A DNA stretch of 64,000 nucleotides, from contig JAHRHZ010000085.1 of NCBI GenBank assembly GCA_024137785.1, forward strand, positions 2,232,279-2,296,278, read 5' to 3'. The DNA is from Ginglymostoma cirratum (Eukaryota). Numbering within the stretch: position 1 is the first letter of the stretch; every line of letters starts with the position of its first letter. The translations under genes were made by a program, and so were the position numbers. The notes beneath the pieces were generated by a model. The model worked only from the letters and a program-made list of their open reading frames with translations, was not told the origin of the DNA and searched no databases. This document shows, in pieces, positions 11,830-26,489 of this stretch.

Positions 11830-13800
11830 GCTGTGGTGAGGTTCACCAATAAGAACAAACGCATACCAATTATGAAGGAAAGGTCTATCTTTAGGGCAGG
11901 AAGCTGCTGTGGTAATGTTACCGGAGACCCACTAAGACATGTTTGATTGGAAGCATGGCAGGATTCAAACCCAGGTGCCCAGAATATTATTTGTTACTTC
12001 AGGTTCCTATTCCAGGTAACACCACTATCATCTCTCCTATTATTGATGATCAATCAAACCAGTTTCAGTCTGGGAGCTCCCATGTTCAATAATAACATCA
12101 TTGGGACCATGACAAATGATGGCACTTGTGGGATTAAAGTCCCTAGATTTAAAAAAAAAACACAGAGCCTTCACATTAAGAATACTCTCGACAGTGTTGT
12201 GTGGCACTATTGTCATTCAGTACGGTTATTCAAACAGATCTAGCAGCTCAAGACTGGGCATCCATGCAACACTGTGGGCCGTAAGCAGCAGCAGAATTGA
12301 ACTTCAACACAATCTACAAATTCATGGTCTGGCGCAGCCTCACTCAAATATTACCATCACGCAGGTGGATTAAATTTGGTTCAATGGGGATCACAGGAGG
12401 ACATGCAGGAGCAGTACCAGGCCTACCTAAAATGAGGTGAGGTTACGAAACAGGGCAACTTCTCTGCCAAACAGTATACACATCAAATGATAGACAGAAC
12501 GAAGTGATCACTTAGCCAATGGATCAGATCGCATCTCTGCAGTCCTGTCACATCCAGTCATGAACGGTGGTGAACAATTAAACAACTCACTGCAGGAGGA
12601 GGAGACTCCACGGGTATCTTCATCCTCAATGATGAAAGAGCCTGGTTCATCAGTGCAAATAATAAGCCTGAAGGATATGCTGCAGCCTTCGTCAGAAATG
12701 TCTAGTCGGTGATCCTTCTCGGCCATGGGTTTGGAAGGGGCTGTCAGAGGAACTTTGGCGAATTTTTGCAATGCATTTTGTTGACAATACACACTGCTGC
12801 AATTTCATGGCCTGTGGTAGAGAGAATGGATACTTGTGGATGTGGTGCCAATCAAGTGGGCTGCTTTGTCTTTGATGATGGAAAGCTTTTTGAGTGTTCC
12901 TGGAGCTACACCTTTCCAGGCAACTGAGGAGTATTGCATCGAACTCCTGATTTGTGCCTTGTACATGGTTGGCAGACTTCGGGGAGTCAAGAGGTGAGAT
13001 ACTTGTCACAGTATTCCAAGCTTCTGACTGCTCTTGGAGCAATTGTGTTGATGTGGCAAGTCCAGCTGGGTTTATGGTCAATGGTAACCCCAATGATCTT
13101 TGTACGTGGGCTAGGGGGAAGGTTCAATGATGATAATGCCATTGAGTGTGAAGGGGCTATAGTTAGATTTTGTATTATTGGAGATAGTCAATGCTTGGCC
13201 TTTGTGTCAAGCACAAGCATTATGCCCAACTTGTCAGCCCAAACCTGGATATTGCCCAGATCTTGTTGCATTTGCACATGGATTGTTTCAATATTTGAGA
13301 AGTTGTGAATGGTGCTGAACATTTTGCAACCAATAGCAAATTCCCCATTACTGACCCTATAATGGAGGGAAGATCATTGATGAAGCAGCTGGAGATGGCT
13401 GGGCCTAGAATACTACCCTGAGGAACTCATGATGAGGTTTCCTGAAGTGATGTACTGGAGCTGAGATGACTGACATCCAACAACCACAACTATCTTCCTA
13501 TGTGTCAGAGATATACGGTACTGCAGATGCTGGAGAATCCGAGATAACAAGCATGGGGCTGGATGAACACAGCAGGTCAAGCTTGGCCTGCTGTGTTCAT
13601 CCAGCTCCATGCTTGTTATCTTCCTATGTGCCCTGAATGACTCCAACCAGTGGAGATTATGTCCCTGATACCCATTGATTCCAGTATTGCTTGGGCTCCT
13701 TGATGTCACACTCAGTCGAATGTGGCCTTGGTGTCAAGGGCTGTCACTCTCATCTCACCCCTGGAATGCAGCTCTCTTGTCCATGTTTGAAGCGAGGGTA
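11830..13800. mobile_element. CR1/L2-group LINE (second family), 5' part on + and RT/3' part on -
   Basis: Minus-strand IVVVVGCQSSQLQ and MYKAQIRSSMQYSSVAW RT motifs. Orientation appears to switch near 12720. Confidence 0.7.
13505..13620. mobile_element. Penelope-derived fold-back mini-element
   Basis: 78-bp near-perfect palindrome at 13543-13620, flanked by the direct repeat TATCTTCCTATGTG (13491-13504 and 13617-13630). Confidence 0.8.
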
Positions 13801-15069
13801 TAATCATTTTCTAGCACTTGGTCCATTTTGGATTTGATGGTCTTCGCATCACGAGACATCATGTTATTGCATCTTCTATAACAAACATATATCCTACATT
13901 AGACAGTGATATCATAACCATGTGCAGTATTGCAATTGAGATCTCATCAAAACCCTTTGTACTTGCACGACTTATTCATCACGTTAATAAAGGGTAAAAT
14001 ACAACCCTTCTGCTTAGATGTTCATTTTCGGAAATTGTGTAACTGTTTCAAAAAATATGATTTTTCAAATGTCCTATTATGCATTCCTGCAATGAGGTTT
14101 TTTTTTCAAGAAGTTTAAACAATGCGTTATCAGAAACTGAACTGGTGAAATTATATCTGCAAAGATAAATGACTGAATACTCAGGATACTTCTATCAGAT
14201 AGTCAGAGTACAGAGTCTAGAATATTGAAGTGTTTTGTTGTATTATCGAGATTGGAAGTAGATATGACAAAGGACATGTTTGTCAATAACTAACTGTGAG
14301 ATGAGATAAACATGGACTGGTGTAGATTAAGGATGCATGATGTGGTCATTGTGATGATTCCAATTGATGTCTGCTTTTAACCAGAAAAATCAGATGTCAA
14401 TTAAGAATCTGGCTTGATTGATTATAGTTTTATTTGTTTGGTTTTAACAAAGCATCATCTCATGGAAAGAAAAGTACAGTACACTACAGATTTGCTTTAT
14501 CAATAAATCAAGTACATTACAAAAGAACCAAGATCAAATGGAATAATCAAACTATACATTTCCTATACAAGTTCAAAGATTTTAAGTGCACAGTAAAATG
14601 TATAATCCAATTAATCAGGAAAGACCCCTTTATAAATAGGTAAGAAAGAAATTAGCTTTTGAGTCGTACACAAAACAAAATCCCAGCGCAGTTCCCAATG
14701 TACCATACATGTAATACAATGCAAATCACCTGTATCTAACATCTTGGCAGGTTTAAGCCACTTGCCGTGACAAATTTTAGACTGGATAACTTCTTCCTGG
14801 AGCTAACACACACCTGAACTTTAATGATCTTACAATAATTTGGATTTTCCGACTCGTCTTTTTTTAGACTAACACAAACTCTGCACTTCAAAGTAATCTA
14901 ATTCACTATGTTTATGATTTTGTGCTTATGAATATCTCACATTACATCCGTCCTTTTCCAAGAACTTAACTGGATTTCACTACTCAAAGGATTGCTCTCC
15001 GCAAAGTTACATTTCTCTCAATCTTGAACAAGACAATTTTGACACTCAGTAACAAGCATTTGATATCCC

Positions 15070-15580
15070 ACAGGCCACTTTTGGAATCCTGTGTTCAATT
15101 TACAAGGATAGGGTTTGCCAGGGTTGGAGGGTTTGAGAAACAGGAAGAAGCACAATTGGCTGTGGCTATTTTTTTTTCTGGAGCATCAGAGTCTGAGGGG
15201 TGACCTTATCAAGGTTCATAACATCATGAGGGGCATAGATAGGCTGAATAACCAATGTGTTTTTCCCAGGGTAGGGGAGTCCAAAGCTAGCAGGCATAGG
15301 TTTAAGGTGAGAGGGGAAAGATTTAAAAAGGATCTAAAGAGCAGCTTTTTGAAACAGAGGGTGGTACATATATGGAATGAGTTGCCACAGGACGTGGTAG
15401 AGGCTGGAACAATTACAATAATTATGCCGATATGAGTCAATGAAAAGGAAGGTTTGGAGGGAACTGGGACAAATGCTGGCAAATGGGACAAGACTAATTT
15501 TGGATATCTGGTCAGCATGGACGAGTTAGACTGAAGTGTCTGTTTCCACGCTGTACTCGTCTATGACCGTATGACTCTAT
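15070..15580 (+). mobile_element. CR1-type LINE 3' end
   Basis: LRGDLIKV...FKVRGERFK...QRVVHIWNELP and a (CTATGA)n tail. Confidence 0.88.
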
Positions 15581-16234
15581 GCCTAACGTTGCTTGTTTGG
15601 AAAGAATCTATGACAAAGAAAAGTCCATGAGTGCACAGAATCTATTCATCCCACAGCCATGTTTTGTTATGTGTTTTAGTAAAGCAATTGTCATGGTTAA
15701 AAAAAAAACTTCCAAGTCAATTATTAACTTCAGATACAAAATAAAAGAAATATCCAGGTAGTGACACAAAATCAGAAACTTAAGCTTGCACTAAATATTA
15801 TGTATATGTAAATCCCGCAGGGAAAGGGTAGGATTAAGTAAAGAATAAATTAATTGGAAACATATACCTGCTTTATTTATCATAATGATATAAAGATTGA
15901 CATTTAGATTTTTGTGGTAAAACAATCAATAGAACATTCCTCAAATTATGACTGAAACGAGTATGAAACCGGAGTAACTGCAGGACTGCAGAAATGCAAA
16001 GGAAAATGAAGATTTTTGACATTAAATGGTTTTGACTTGTCAACATGTTTGTTTCTGAGATGCTGCCAGTAGCTTTGTAGGGAGGTGCTTTGTTTTTAAT
16101 TGTTGGCAGCCAAACAGGTGGGTTATCAAGGCTGAAACATTAGTATAAACGTTGGGCAGATAGAGCTCTAATATGTGTTAACTGCACTTTAAGAGTCTTG
16201 TTTGAGTTGAAAACATTGCCAACTAATAAGGTCA

Positions 16235-16625
16235 AGGAGGCATTGGCATAGTGGTCATGTTCATGGTATAGTAATTCATTGGACCAAACTAATGTTCTGA
16301 GATCTGGAGTTAAGATTTTGTGATGGCAAAATGAGAAAATTAAATCCAATTTGAAAATCCAGAATTGAAAGTTAGTCTAATTGAGATCATGTAACGCTCA
16401 TGACCTTTGTAAACAAAAATTGGAATCATTAGTGCCCATTACAGAAGCAAATATGTGATCCTTATTAGCTCTGACCTGAATGTGATTCAAGACTCAATGT
16501 CATGTGGTTGACTCTTAATTACTCCTTGAACATTCCTCACAAGTTAAGGTGCAATGAGGAGAGGGCAATAACTGTAGCCAATTATCACTTAGGCCTATTT
16601 AGCCTCACAAAAGAAAAAAGAAAGG
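16235..16625 (+). mobile_element. Degenerate tRNA-derived SINE (family 2)
   Basis: Homologous to 34115-34480. Confidence 0.55.
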
Positions 16626-17768
16626 CATTGATACTTTTGCAGAACAAGAATGACAAAGACAGGACTGATAAAGTCAGAACCATTGCTTGAATGATAGTGG
16701 ATTGAATAATCAAGTCAAATCAAAAAATGCAATAAACATCAACAAATTAAAAAGATTAAAACAATGAAAAACTATGGTTGACACAGTAAGAACCATCCTA
16801 CACTGACAGAAAAGACAAAACGAAATAAAAATATCAATCCTTTCATGATCTAACTAACAGTGAAATGGTGAGAAAAATCTGCCAGTGTAGGAGTGTTTAG
16901 AAAGTTATTCAAAAACAATAATATTCACTTATTATGTGAAACAAAGTGGAGAGTTCCAGAGAATGATGAGTTGAATAGTCAGAATGAAGCCAGTTGCTAT
17001 CTTGAATGGGATATGTTAAGCAAGTTTGAAGGTAAAATAGAGTTGGTTCGTGAAACATTAAAGGAAGATAATAAGTCAATGACTACTTTTTGAAAGCAAT
17101 GAAAGACCACAAAGAGGACTGTACCAGACAGAAATGGATACAAAACACCCATAATACCAATATCACGTCATTCTCTCTGTGCATCTTTAAATTTGGCTGC
17201 TGGGTTTCACTGCTGCATACAATGGAGTTGCAGTTTTGTGTTCTGGTTTCAAGGTTAACTTGGGACCTTTCAAATTCAGAACAGCGTAAGTCAGCTGGCT
17301 TTTTCTCATGCTGTCTTTGGTCTGTAAAATTACATTGAAACTGCTGTATTTTTGCATCAAATATCATAAAAAGCTAAGAATTTTTCAATATAAAGCAGAA
17401 AGCAAATGATTGTAATGAAGAAAGTAATTACTATATTCAAACATATGAACAGAAAAGTACCTCTGCTGTACTGTTCTTTCATCCTGGGGCTTAGGAATTT
17501 TAGCATCCTTTGAGTGCACCAGTTTAAGATCAGCATACATTAATCTGTCTTCAGCTGTCTCTTGTTTCCTCTGGGAAGTTAAAGTTTAACATCCATGAAT
17601 TTATGTTTTTTGGAGTCAAGAATCAAAGTTGCATAGTAATCAATTAGAACTACTTTGTCTCCTTGAGTTTGCAAAATACTCTGTTATGTTCTTAACAGTT
17701 GAAAGCTTCTGTATCCAATCTCCTTCTCTCCACCTGACAAAAATGAAAGCTGCCTCATTGGCTGATGA

Positions 17769-17945
17769 TGTGGAGTTGCCGATGTTGGATTCAGGTGGAC
17801 AATGTCAGTAACTACAGGACACCAGGTTATAGTCCGAAAGTTTTATTCGAATGTTCAAGCTTTTGGAGCCTCAGTCCTTCTTCAGGTATCTTCAAATGTA
17901 TCTGGAAATACTCACTCTCTCTCTGTCTCTCCCACACACCACTCT

Positions 17946-17976
<31 letters not shown>

Positions 17977-18430
17977 CTTCAAAAAGCACCCAATGTATAG
18001 ACAGTCAGTCAATGTGGCATTTTATAAATTCCTATTTTAGAAATAAAACCAGTCTGACTTCAAACCAAAACACAAACTGATTGTAAAAAAGGCCTTACAC
18101 CTAATATGCATTGTCTGACCTAAAATGTCACCTTTGCTTTACACTAATAAAACGTTTAGTTCTCTCAGAAGAGTGACTTGAAAGGAATTTGGGGATTCAC
18201 ATACACATAATGATCAAATAAAACCTTCTGACTTAAATTAACAGCACCTCAGGTTAGTTTAATACATCCTGATCAGTGGTGTGACCCTGTGATCTTTTCC
18301 TTGTAAAATTCTGTGTCTGATATTACCTCTCTCACTAACACCTGAAGAAGGGGTGAGGCTCCGAAAGCTTGTGTTTCCAAATAAACTTGTTGAAGCATAA
18401 CCTGGTGTCAAGTGATTTCTGACCTTGTCT
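17769..18430. mobile_element. Penelope-derived element with inverted termini and a (CA)n tract
   Basis: 17820-17888 is the reverse complement of about 18340-18410, which contains CTGAAGA...CCGAAA. Confidence 0.75.
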
Positions 18431-19669
18431 TTGACTGATGTAACCTTGGTCACAAACTAAGAAAATTTATCTTTGAATATGTTAAAACTTAGAAGAGGAA
18501 CCCGGCAAAATTCAGTTTCCTGAGCATAAAATGATTGTATTAATTCAACATTATCAATTTTCAACATTCATACAGAAATCATTCAACGTTACATCCAGTT
18601 ACAAGTTGCAGATGCTGTGAACGTTTAGCTCTAGATTTTGATGGAATTGATCAGAATTTCCTTTACAAAGGTAAATTACGTTACTTAAACACATGTCCCC
18701 TCATTTGTAAATAAAAGCACAATTCAAACTGTGTATAATAACTAAACATCTACCCTATCGTTGATTGTCTGGTGCATTAATTAGTTTCAAACTGGCACCC
18801 CTCACATTTTTTGCTTAATGCTTAAATTAACAACCTAATTATACTGACAGAGGCAAACATTTATTGGTAAGTTGAATAGTAAATGAAATAATTAGACCTC
18901 CATAACTATTTCAACAGTACAGTTTGAAAGGTAATAAATAGGACAGTAATGGTTTTAGTGGGGATGAACATGCAATTCAATTCCATTGAATCTTTAAGCT
19001 GCACAAAATGACATACAGTATTTTCCAGCAAATTGTTAATTTCTATTTGAAGATTTTTTGTTAAGATAGAAACAGAAGGCAACAGATCCATTGGGAGCCT
19101 AGTCAGCAATGAAATAATTTAACGATTCATTAATCGTGTTCCTTTCATTCAAAGAACAAAACACAAAATATCAACTTTGTTTTACATAGATGCTCTCAGA
19201 CTTTTTATGTAATATTGCTTTAACCTTGGCAATTCTTCATTCCCTTGAGATCTGCACCTCTGCACCTGAGTCATTGAAATGTGGAGTGACAACGGAACAA
19301 GACTAGGGGGAAAGAAGAGAAGCATTAACAAGGCTGAAAATCATGTTAAATAACACAATTTTAAGGGCAGTCGACTCAATGCATGCAATACTGATACAAG
19401 GTAAATGATTAAAAGCAAATAAACAGAGATGAATGGTTGTGATGTAATTGGCATTACAAACACATCACTGCAGGATAATCAGGAGAACTGATTATTCCAT
19501 GATATTTAGGATGGACAAAGGAAATGAAGATATGTTAGGATTGCATTAATAGTAATGGATGGGATCTGTATCTCAGGATCACAGAGCAGAATTTAAAAAA
19601 AAATAAGGAATTTTCTATAGTGGAGCTAAGAAACAGCAGGCAGGAGGAAACATTGGCAGTAGTTTACCA

Positions 19670-20990
19670 AGGCTCACTCACCTATCCTATACACAACAGG
19701 TAATTTTGCATTACCGATCCACGTGACCTGCACATCTTTAGTCCTAGGGAGGAAGCCGGAGCACCCAAAGGAAACCCAGGCAGACATGGGGACAATATGC
19801 AAACTCCACACAAATAGTCTCCTGAGTCCTTGGTTCTCTGAGTCACCATGCTGCCCAATCGGTAACGTGCAATGGGATGGCTAAATAAATTGATAGAATT
19901 ATTCAATGGAATTGGGAGGGAGGTAATCCAATGTGCAACTGGGATCCTAAATCTAAACAAAGAGTGCAAAAAACAACAATCCGGTGTTTAGTTTAGGTCT
20001 TCACTGGGACTTCTCTGTACACAAGCACATTCTGTTGTTCACATATCAGCACATTTAGGATGCGAGGCTACAGTGAAGTTTTGACTCAGCATGTTGTCAA
20101 TTTCTACAAGATGTACTACAAAAATTTGCTAAAGATTCTCAGATAGTTCCTTCCAAATCCAGGACCACGTTTATCTGAAAGGACCAGGGCAGCAAATATA
20201 TGGGAACACCATCACCTTCAAGTTCCCCGACAAGCCACTCACCATCCTTAATATATATTGCCATTCCTTCACTACCACTGGGTCAAAATCCTGGAATTCC
20301 GTCCCTCATGACATTATGGGTCAACCCATAGCAGGTGATCTGCACCAGGGGAAGAAGGCAACTCACCACCACCTTCTCAATGGCAACTAGGGATGGGAAA
20401 GAAATGCTGGGCCAGTCAGCGGAACTTGGTCAAATGTGGCCTTAATGTCAAGTGCAGTTGCTCTTCCCTCACCTTTAGTTAACTTCTTTCCAATGAGTCA
20501 TGGAGCATGGAAACAGACCCTTCGGTCCAAAACGTCCGTGCTGACCATGTTTTCCAAACTAAACTAATCCCATTTACCTGCATTTGGCCCCTGTCCTTCG
20601 AAATCTTTCCTATTCATTTACCTGCCCAAATGTCTTTTAAATGTTGTAACTGTACCTTCATCCATCACTTCCTCTGGCAGTTCATTCCATACATGAACCA
20701 CACTCTGTGTGAAAATATGTGGCCCTCATATCCCTTTTAAATCATTCTCCTCTCACTTTCAAAAGATGGCCCCAAGTTTTGAACTCCCCTACCTTAGGGA
20801 AATGACCTTTGCTATTCACCTTATCTATACCCCTCATGATTTTATAAACTTCTACAAGGTCTCACCTCAGCCTCCTATGCCCCAGTGAAAAAAGTGCCAG
20901 CTTAAACGCTCCAGTCCTGGCAATGTCCTTTTACGTCTTTCCTGCACCCTGTCTAATTCATAACATTTTTCCAGAACTGTCAACAGTCAT
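19670..20990. repeat. Segmental duplication copy B (paralog 2692-4025)
   Basis: Near-identical ORFs in both copies (METDPSVQNV... at 3541 and 20507) plus shared non-repeat spacers. Confidence 0.9.
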
Positions 20991-21019
20991 CCTCTTTGGA
21001 GGGTTGATGTACTATACTA

Positions 21020-22000
21020 TCGGGATTCTATGATTCAAAGGCATTTGTTATTTAATTAGGGTTTGAAACATACCAGGACTTATGGTTTGACTGCCGTTGA
21101 TGAATGCAGACTGTACAACACTGACGTAAATCTTACTATAAATGTAATGTGTACTTGCCCTCAATATTGGATTAATGAATAAATTGTGTAAAAACACAAT
21201 GTTCTTATTTCTTGCAGTGGAGGTGCCGGTGTTGGACTGAGGTGGACAAAGTCTGGATCGCACGACACCGTGTTATCACCCAAAAGGATTATTTGAAATC
21301 TAAGATTTTGGAGAGTTGCTGCTTGGTCAGTTGAAGTACTGCGCTCCAAAAGCTTGTGATTTCAAATAAACCTGTTGGTCTATGACCTAGCATCATGTGA
21401 TTTCTGATATATTTCTTGCAAGTGTTGCGGACAGAGACCATTGAGTCTGTACTGACCCTCCAAAGAGCATCCCACCCAATGGCCATACATGCAATTAAAT
21501 GTATGATTTACATCAGCTTTTTAATAAGACCTAGTATAATCCAAGCTCGAAATACACCATGATTGCATTTGAACCATAGAATCCTTACAGTGCAATGTGA
21601 GGCCTTTTCGCCCACCGAGTCTGCACTGACGCTCCATAGAGCATTCCACCCAATTCCCAGAACCTCATATTTATCATGGTTCACCCACCTATCCTACACA
21701 CAACAGGCAATTTAACAATGCCAATCGACTTAACCTGTACATCTTTGGGCTGTGGGAGGAAACCAGAGTACCCGGAGGGCACCCACACAGTCATGGGGAG
21801 AACGGGCAAACTCCACAGAGACAGGCGCCTGAGGATGGAATCGAACCTGGGTCCCTATTGCAATGAGGCAACAGCATGCCACAATGCCACCCAAATGGAA
21901 CCTTGTGATGGTATTGATACATAAACTGACAGAAGTATTTATTGAGATTGGAAGGGAAGTAATCCAATGTAGAACTTGGATCCTAAATCTAAACAAAGGA
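21020..22000. repeat. Older duplicated segment matching 268-516 joined to about 2450-2995
   Basis: Shared GGATTCTATGATTCAAAGGC..., CAATGTTCTTATTTC and TAATCCAATG...CTAAATCTAAACAAAG blocks. Confidence 0.75.
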
Positions 22001-24717
22001 AAGCACAGAATTGTGAAGGATGGATTGACTACTGTTGATGTGTAATTTCATTAAAAGGCATGATGGTAGCTAAGCATTGGCAAATATTTAAGGAACCAAT
22101 GCAGGGTGTGCAACATTAACACATTTAAGAGTGCAAAACATATATCATAGGAAAGCTGTGGCAACAATGGTTGGCAACATAAAGGTTTAGGATTGGCATT
22201 ACATACCTCTGGCGGAGGTGGGACTTCAATGCAATCTTCCTGGCTCAAAGGTAGAACGCTACTACTGCGCCACAAGAATCCTGGCTCTCATAAAAATACC
22301 AAAATCTTGACTTGAATAAGTACTAAGAGGGCATTTTAATTAAAAAAAAATCATTGATTTGACGTCAAGTTGACATGGTCTCCAAAAGGGAAGTCATCTT
22401 CTATTAATCTGATAGCACTTATTAATGACACAAGATACATTTGGTATTAATTGAAACTTAAACATCTGCAGGATTTCATGAGAACCTGATTTACAACAGA
22501 GGCAGGTACCTGGGGATGAGAGTACATATTGACAGCTGGCTGAGTCGAATCTTCACCTGGGTTGTAAACAACAGAATGTGCTGATGTAAAGAATAGTCCC
22601 AATGAAGACTGCAGACAAAACATCTGCTTGTTTTTTATTGTCACTCTCTTGAGATTGGTAAAAATACTGGGGCATTCACCAGGAAATGCACCAACTCCAT
22701 TTACTACCCTTGAGTGGGCAGCATTCATCTGGAGCATTTTTACCACTCAAGGAAGCTCCTCCAGAACAACAGTCAGCTCTAAATAAGGCACATATAACAT
22801 CAGAGATGAATAGTAGCATCCTGGCTGTAGACACAGCCAGCTGTACTGGAGAGACTGACATTTGTACCATTGTGATTGACCAGAACCATGCCATAGACAG
22901 TGTTCTTGTGGCTGGCATAACTAGGTAAATAGAGAGGGTTTTAAGCTATATATTGGGGGCAAGGGAACACATGGAGAAAGATGTTGCAAAAGCAAGTGAA
23001 GAGAGGAAACTAAGAACACGGGAAATGATTGTCTGAGAAAGGAACAAAGGGCAAAGAGAGAGAGAGAGAGACAAGGAATACATTACCAGTCAAGACAAGG
23101 TGTTACAAAGTTAACACAAAGGAGGGAACTAAAGAATATATGGGTGGAAATGATTATTGTGTTCTTCATAAAATAAGTGAGTTAAAACTGTTCATTAACA
23201 GAAATAATTATAATTTTATAGCCATTGTGGTGACATAGCTGATAAGTATTAGACACCACATATTTTGAAATATGGAACATATACTAAGATTAAGAAATGA
23301 GGTGATGATGAAGGGGTTGCAAATCCAAATCATAGATGCCATTTGTGCAACAGTTAGCGATGGCCATGGTTCAGGAAATCAGGATGATAAATTTATTTGG
23401 GTAGACATTAGGAATGGTAGGAAAGAAATCAATGGAGGACGGGTCTACAACATACCTAAAGTAAATCGAGGTGGAACAAAATATACAAGATGAAATATTG
23501 GTGTTTGTGATTGGGGACATCAGTAACAATGGGTGACTTTAATCTCCTCATCCAATTAAGCAAAAAGATTGAAGCGAGGTTGAACAAATTGGGCCTATAC
23601 CCAATGGAGTTTTGTAAAGTAAGAATATATGTGTTTCCTATGGACATAACATTGAGGGTCCTTAACTGGATGGACAATGAAGAGATGATTCCTCTTATTT
23701 TGGAGACTTGAATTCGGCCAAGCAATTTAAAATTAAAAGATCTCATTTTAAAGGCCGATAGGATTTTTTGTTTGTCTGTGGTCACAGGGTCTGTAGCCCT
23801 TGAACTTCTCTTCCACAAAAGAGTAGAAGTGTGGCAATCACATTTATACAGGCGGCTTTAGTTAGGTTTTGGTATAATTGGAGACTCCTATTTGTGTGGC
23901 TGCCACAGTGGAAACTGAAGTTTGGGACCATAACTAGATGAGATGAGATCACACCAAATCAGTGGGCTAAACTATAAGAATGGAATTTTCCAATCCTCTA
24001 TGAAAGCCGCATGTTCATTCTTCCTGTATTCCTTTGCATGACTGCTACATGAGAAGGTGAATCGAGCAATTAAATTATTCATGACTTATCATTTGCAATA
24101 TCTGAAATACGAACAGAATTAGAGATGTTCTGCTACAAAACCCCAAATCATTGGCAGACAGGGGCAACAATTTAATTACCTAACCCATTGTACAATATTC
24201 AGTGTTCAATATTTATTTTAGGTTGTTTCCAAACTTTGCCATGATGGTGGTGGTGGTTGTGCTGGTGGTGGTTGTGCTGGTGGGGGTTGTGGGGGGAGGT
24301 GATGTGGTAGGAATGCCTTAATATTAGTTATCATGCAAGAAGCTGTGGAAGAGGAAGGATCAGGAAGTGGAAGCAGAGGAATATGGGAAGCTGTTATGGG
24401 AAGGCATGTCAGGAAATTAAAAGACAAGAAGCTCCTTCCCTTCAGAGCATAGCAAGGTGGACATTTTCTGTATGATTCCAAAATTCAGACCCAATATCTC
24501 CATTCACAATGGCCCAAAACCTCTTCTACTCTGTTGCCTCTGTGCAGCTTATAATACTCAGGGCCTGAATGCAAAACCCACATTCACCAAAACGGAAACA
24601 TAACAGATGGCATTGATAAATGAAGTTATGTCCACTTGCATCAACTGTCTACAAATTACATTTGCTCATTATCTTAGTTTTGTTCTAACTTCAGTCATTT
24701 GCTGTCTTGGTTGAGGT

Positions 24718-25885
24718 ACATAGAACATAGGACATAGAATAATACAGCGCAGAACAAGCCATTCGGCACTCGATGTTGCGCCGACCTGTGAACTAATCTA
24801 AGCCCATCCCCTACACTATCCCATCATCATCCATATGCTTATCCAAGGACTGTTTAAATGCCCCTAATGCGGCTGAGTTAACTACATTGGCAGGCAGGGC
24901 ATTCCACGCCCTTACCACTCTCTGAGTAAAGAACCTGCCTCTGACATCTGTCTTAAATCTATCACCCCTCAATTTGCAGCCATGCCTCCTCGTACTAGCC
25001 GACGTCATCATCCTAGGAAAAAGACTCTCACTGTCCACCCTAACTAATCCTCTGATCATTTTGTAGGTCTTTATTAAATCCCCTCTTAGCCTTCTTCTCT
25101 CCAATGAGAACAGACCCAAGTCCCTCAGTCTTTCCTCATAAGACCTTCGCTCCAGACCAGGCAACATCCTGGTAAATCTCCTCTGCACCTTTTCCAATGC
25201 TTCCACATTGTTCCTATAATGGGGCAACCAGAACTGTACGCAATATTCCAAGTGAGGCCGCACTAACATTTTGTACAGTTGCAGAATGACATCACAGCTC
25301 CGGAACTCAATCCCTCAACCAATGAAACCTAACACACCGTATGCCTTCTTAACAGCACTATCAACCTGGGTGGCAACTTTCAGGGATCTATGTACCTGGA
25401 CACCAAGATCCCTCTGCACATCCACACTACCAAGAATCTTTCCATTGACCCAGTATTCTGCCTTCCTATTATTCTTCCCAAAGTGAATCACCTCACATTT
25501 ATCTGCATTGAACTCCATTTGCCACCTTTCAGCCCAATTCTGCAGTTTATCCAAGTCTCCCTGCAACCTACAACATTCTTCCTCACTGTCCACCACTCCA
25601 CCGACTTTAGTATCATCTGCAAACTTACTAACCCATCCACTTATGTCTGCGTCCAAGTCATTTATAAAAATGACAAACGGCAGTAGTCCTAAAACAGATC
25701 CTTGTGGCACACCACTAGTAACCGGACTCCAGGCTGAATATTTTCCATTAACCACCACTTGTTGCCTTCTTTCAGAAAGCCAGGTTCTAATCCAAACTGC
25801 TCAATCTCCCTCAATCCCATGCCTCCGCATTTTCTTCAATAGCCTACCATGTGGAACCTTATCAAAGGCTTTACTGAAGTCCATA
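24718..25885 (-). mobile_element. Young 5'-truncated CR1/HER1-like LINE
   Basis: GVPQGSVLG, FINDLD, KFADDTK and LVRPHLEYC. The two ORFs are in the same frame, separated by one TGA. (TTCTATG)n tail. Confidence 0.95.
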
Positions 25886-26489
25886 AAGTCCAGGTATTCA
25901 GTGTTAACCCATTTCTGTCATAACTGTTTGTGAAGGACTTTAATTTTCAGTGGAGATGACTGAGCATTGACCAAGGGAGAACATGGAAGAGCCTTGAATG
26001 CACTGCTGTAGCCTGTTGAATATAATTATGTGCATCAATAGGCTGCAATTCATGATTGAGAAGAAACATCAAGAACAATGTTGGAGAAACTCAGATTGAA
26101 CAACGTGTTAAGAAACTGAAGACTTCCTTGAGCAACCAAATTCTGGTCTGAATCTTAGCTCAACAGGTTACCACATTATCAGTTTTAGCCTTGCTCCCTA
26201 CAGTAACAATGAGATTGGTTAGCCACTACATGATGTGATGTGTTAAATTGTTCACCCATACTTCCAGATACACTGAGCACGTCCTTGTACATAACCACCA
26301 GAGTATTTCTCTAAACTACTCTGGAAGGATGAAGAAAACTGAAAAGTAAGGCCACCGTTAGATGGTAGTGAAGAGTAGAGACGTATGGGTGTGCTATGTG
26401 CAGATTGTCAGAATCAAACCAAGGCCCCTAGCACTGTCAGGCAGCTGTGCTAGCCATTGAGCCACTGGGCCACCAAAGGTGCCTTGAAG

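Noticed and set aside
22447-22928. Overlapping ORFs with a donor-like AG|gtaaat
   Set aside because: No consistent acceptor or frame and no recognisable motif.
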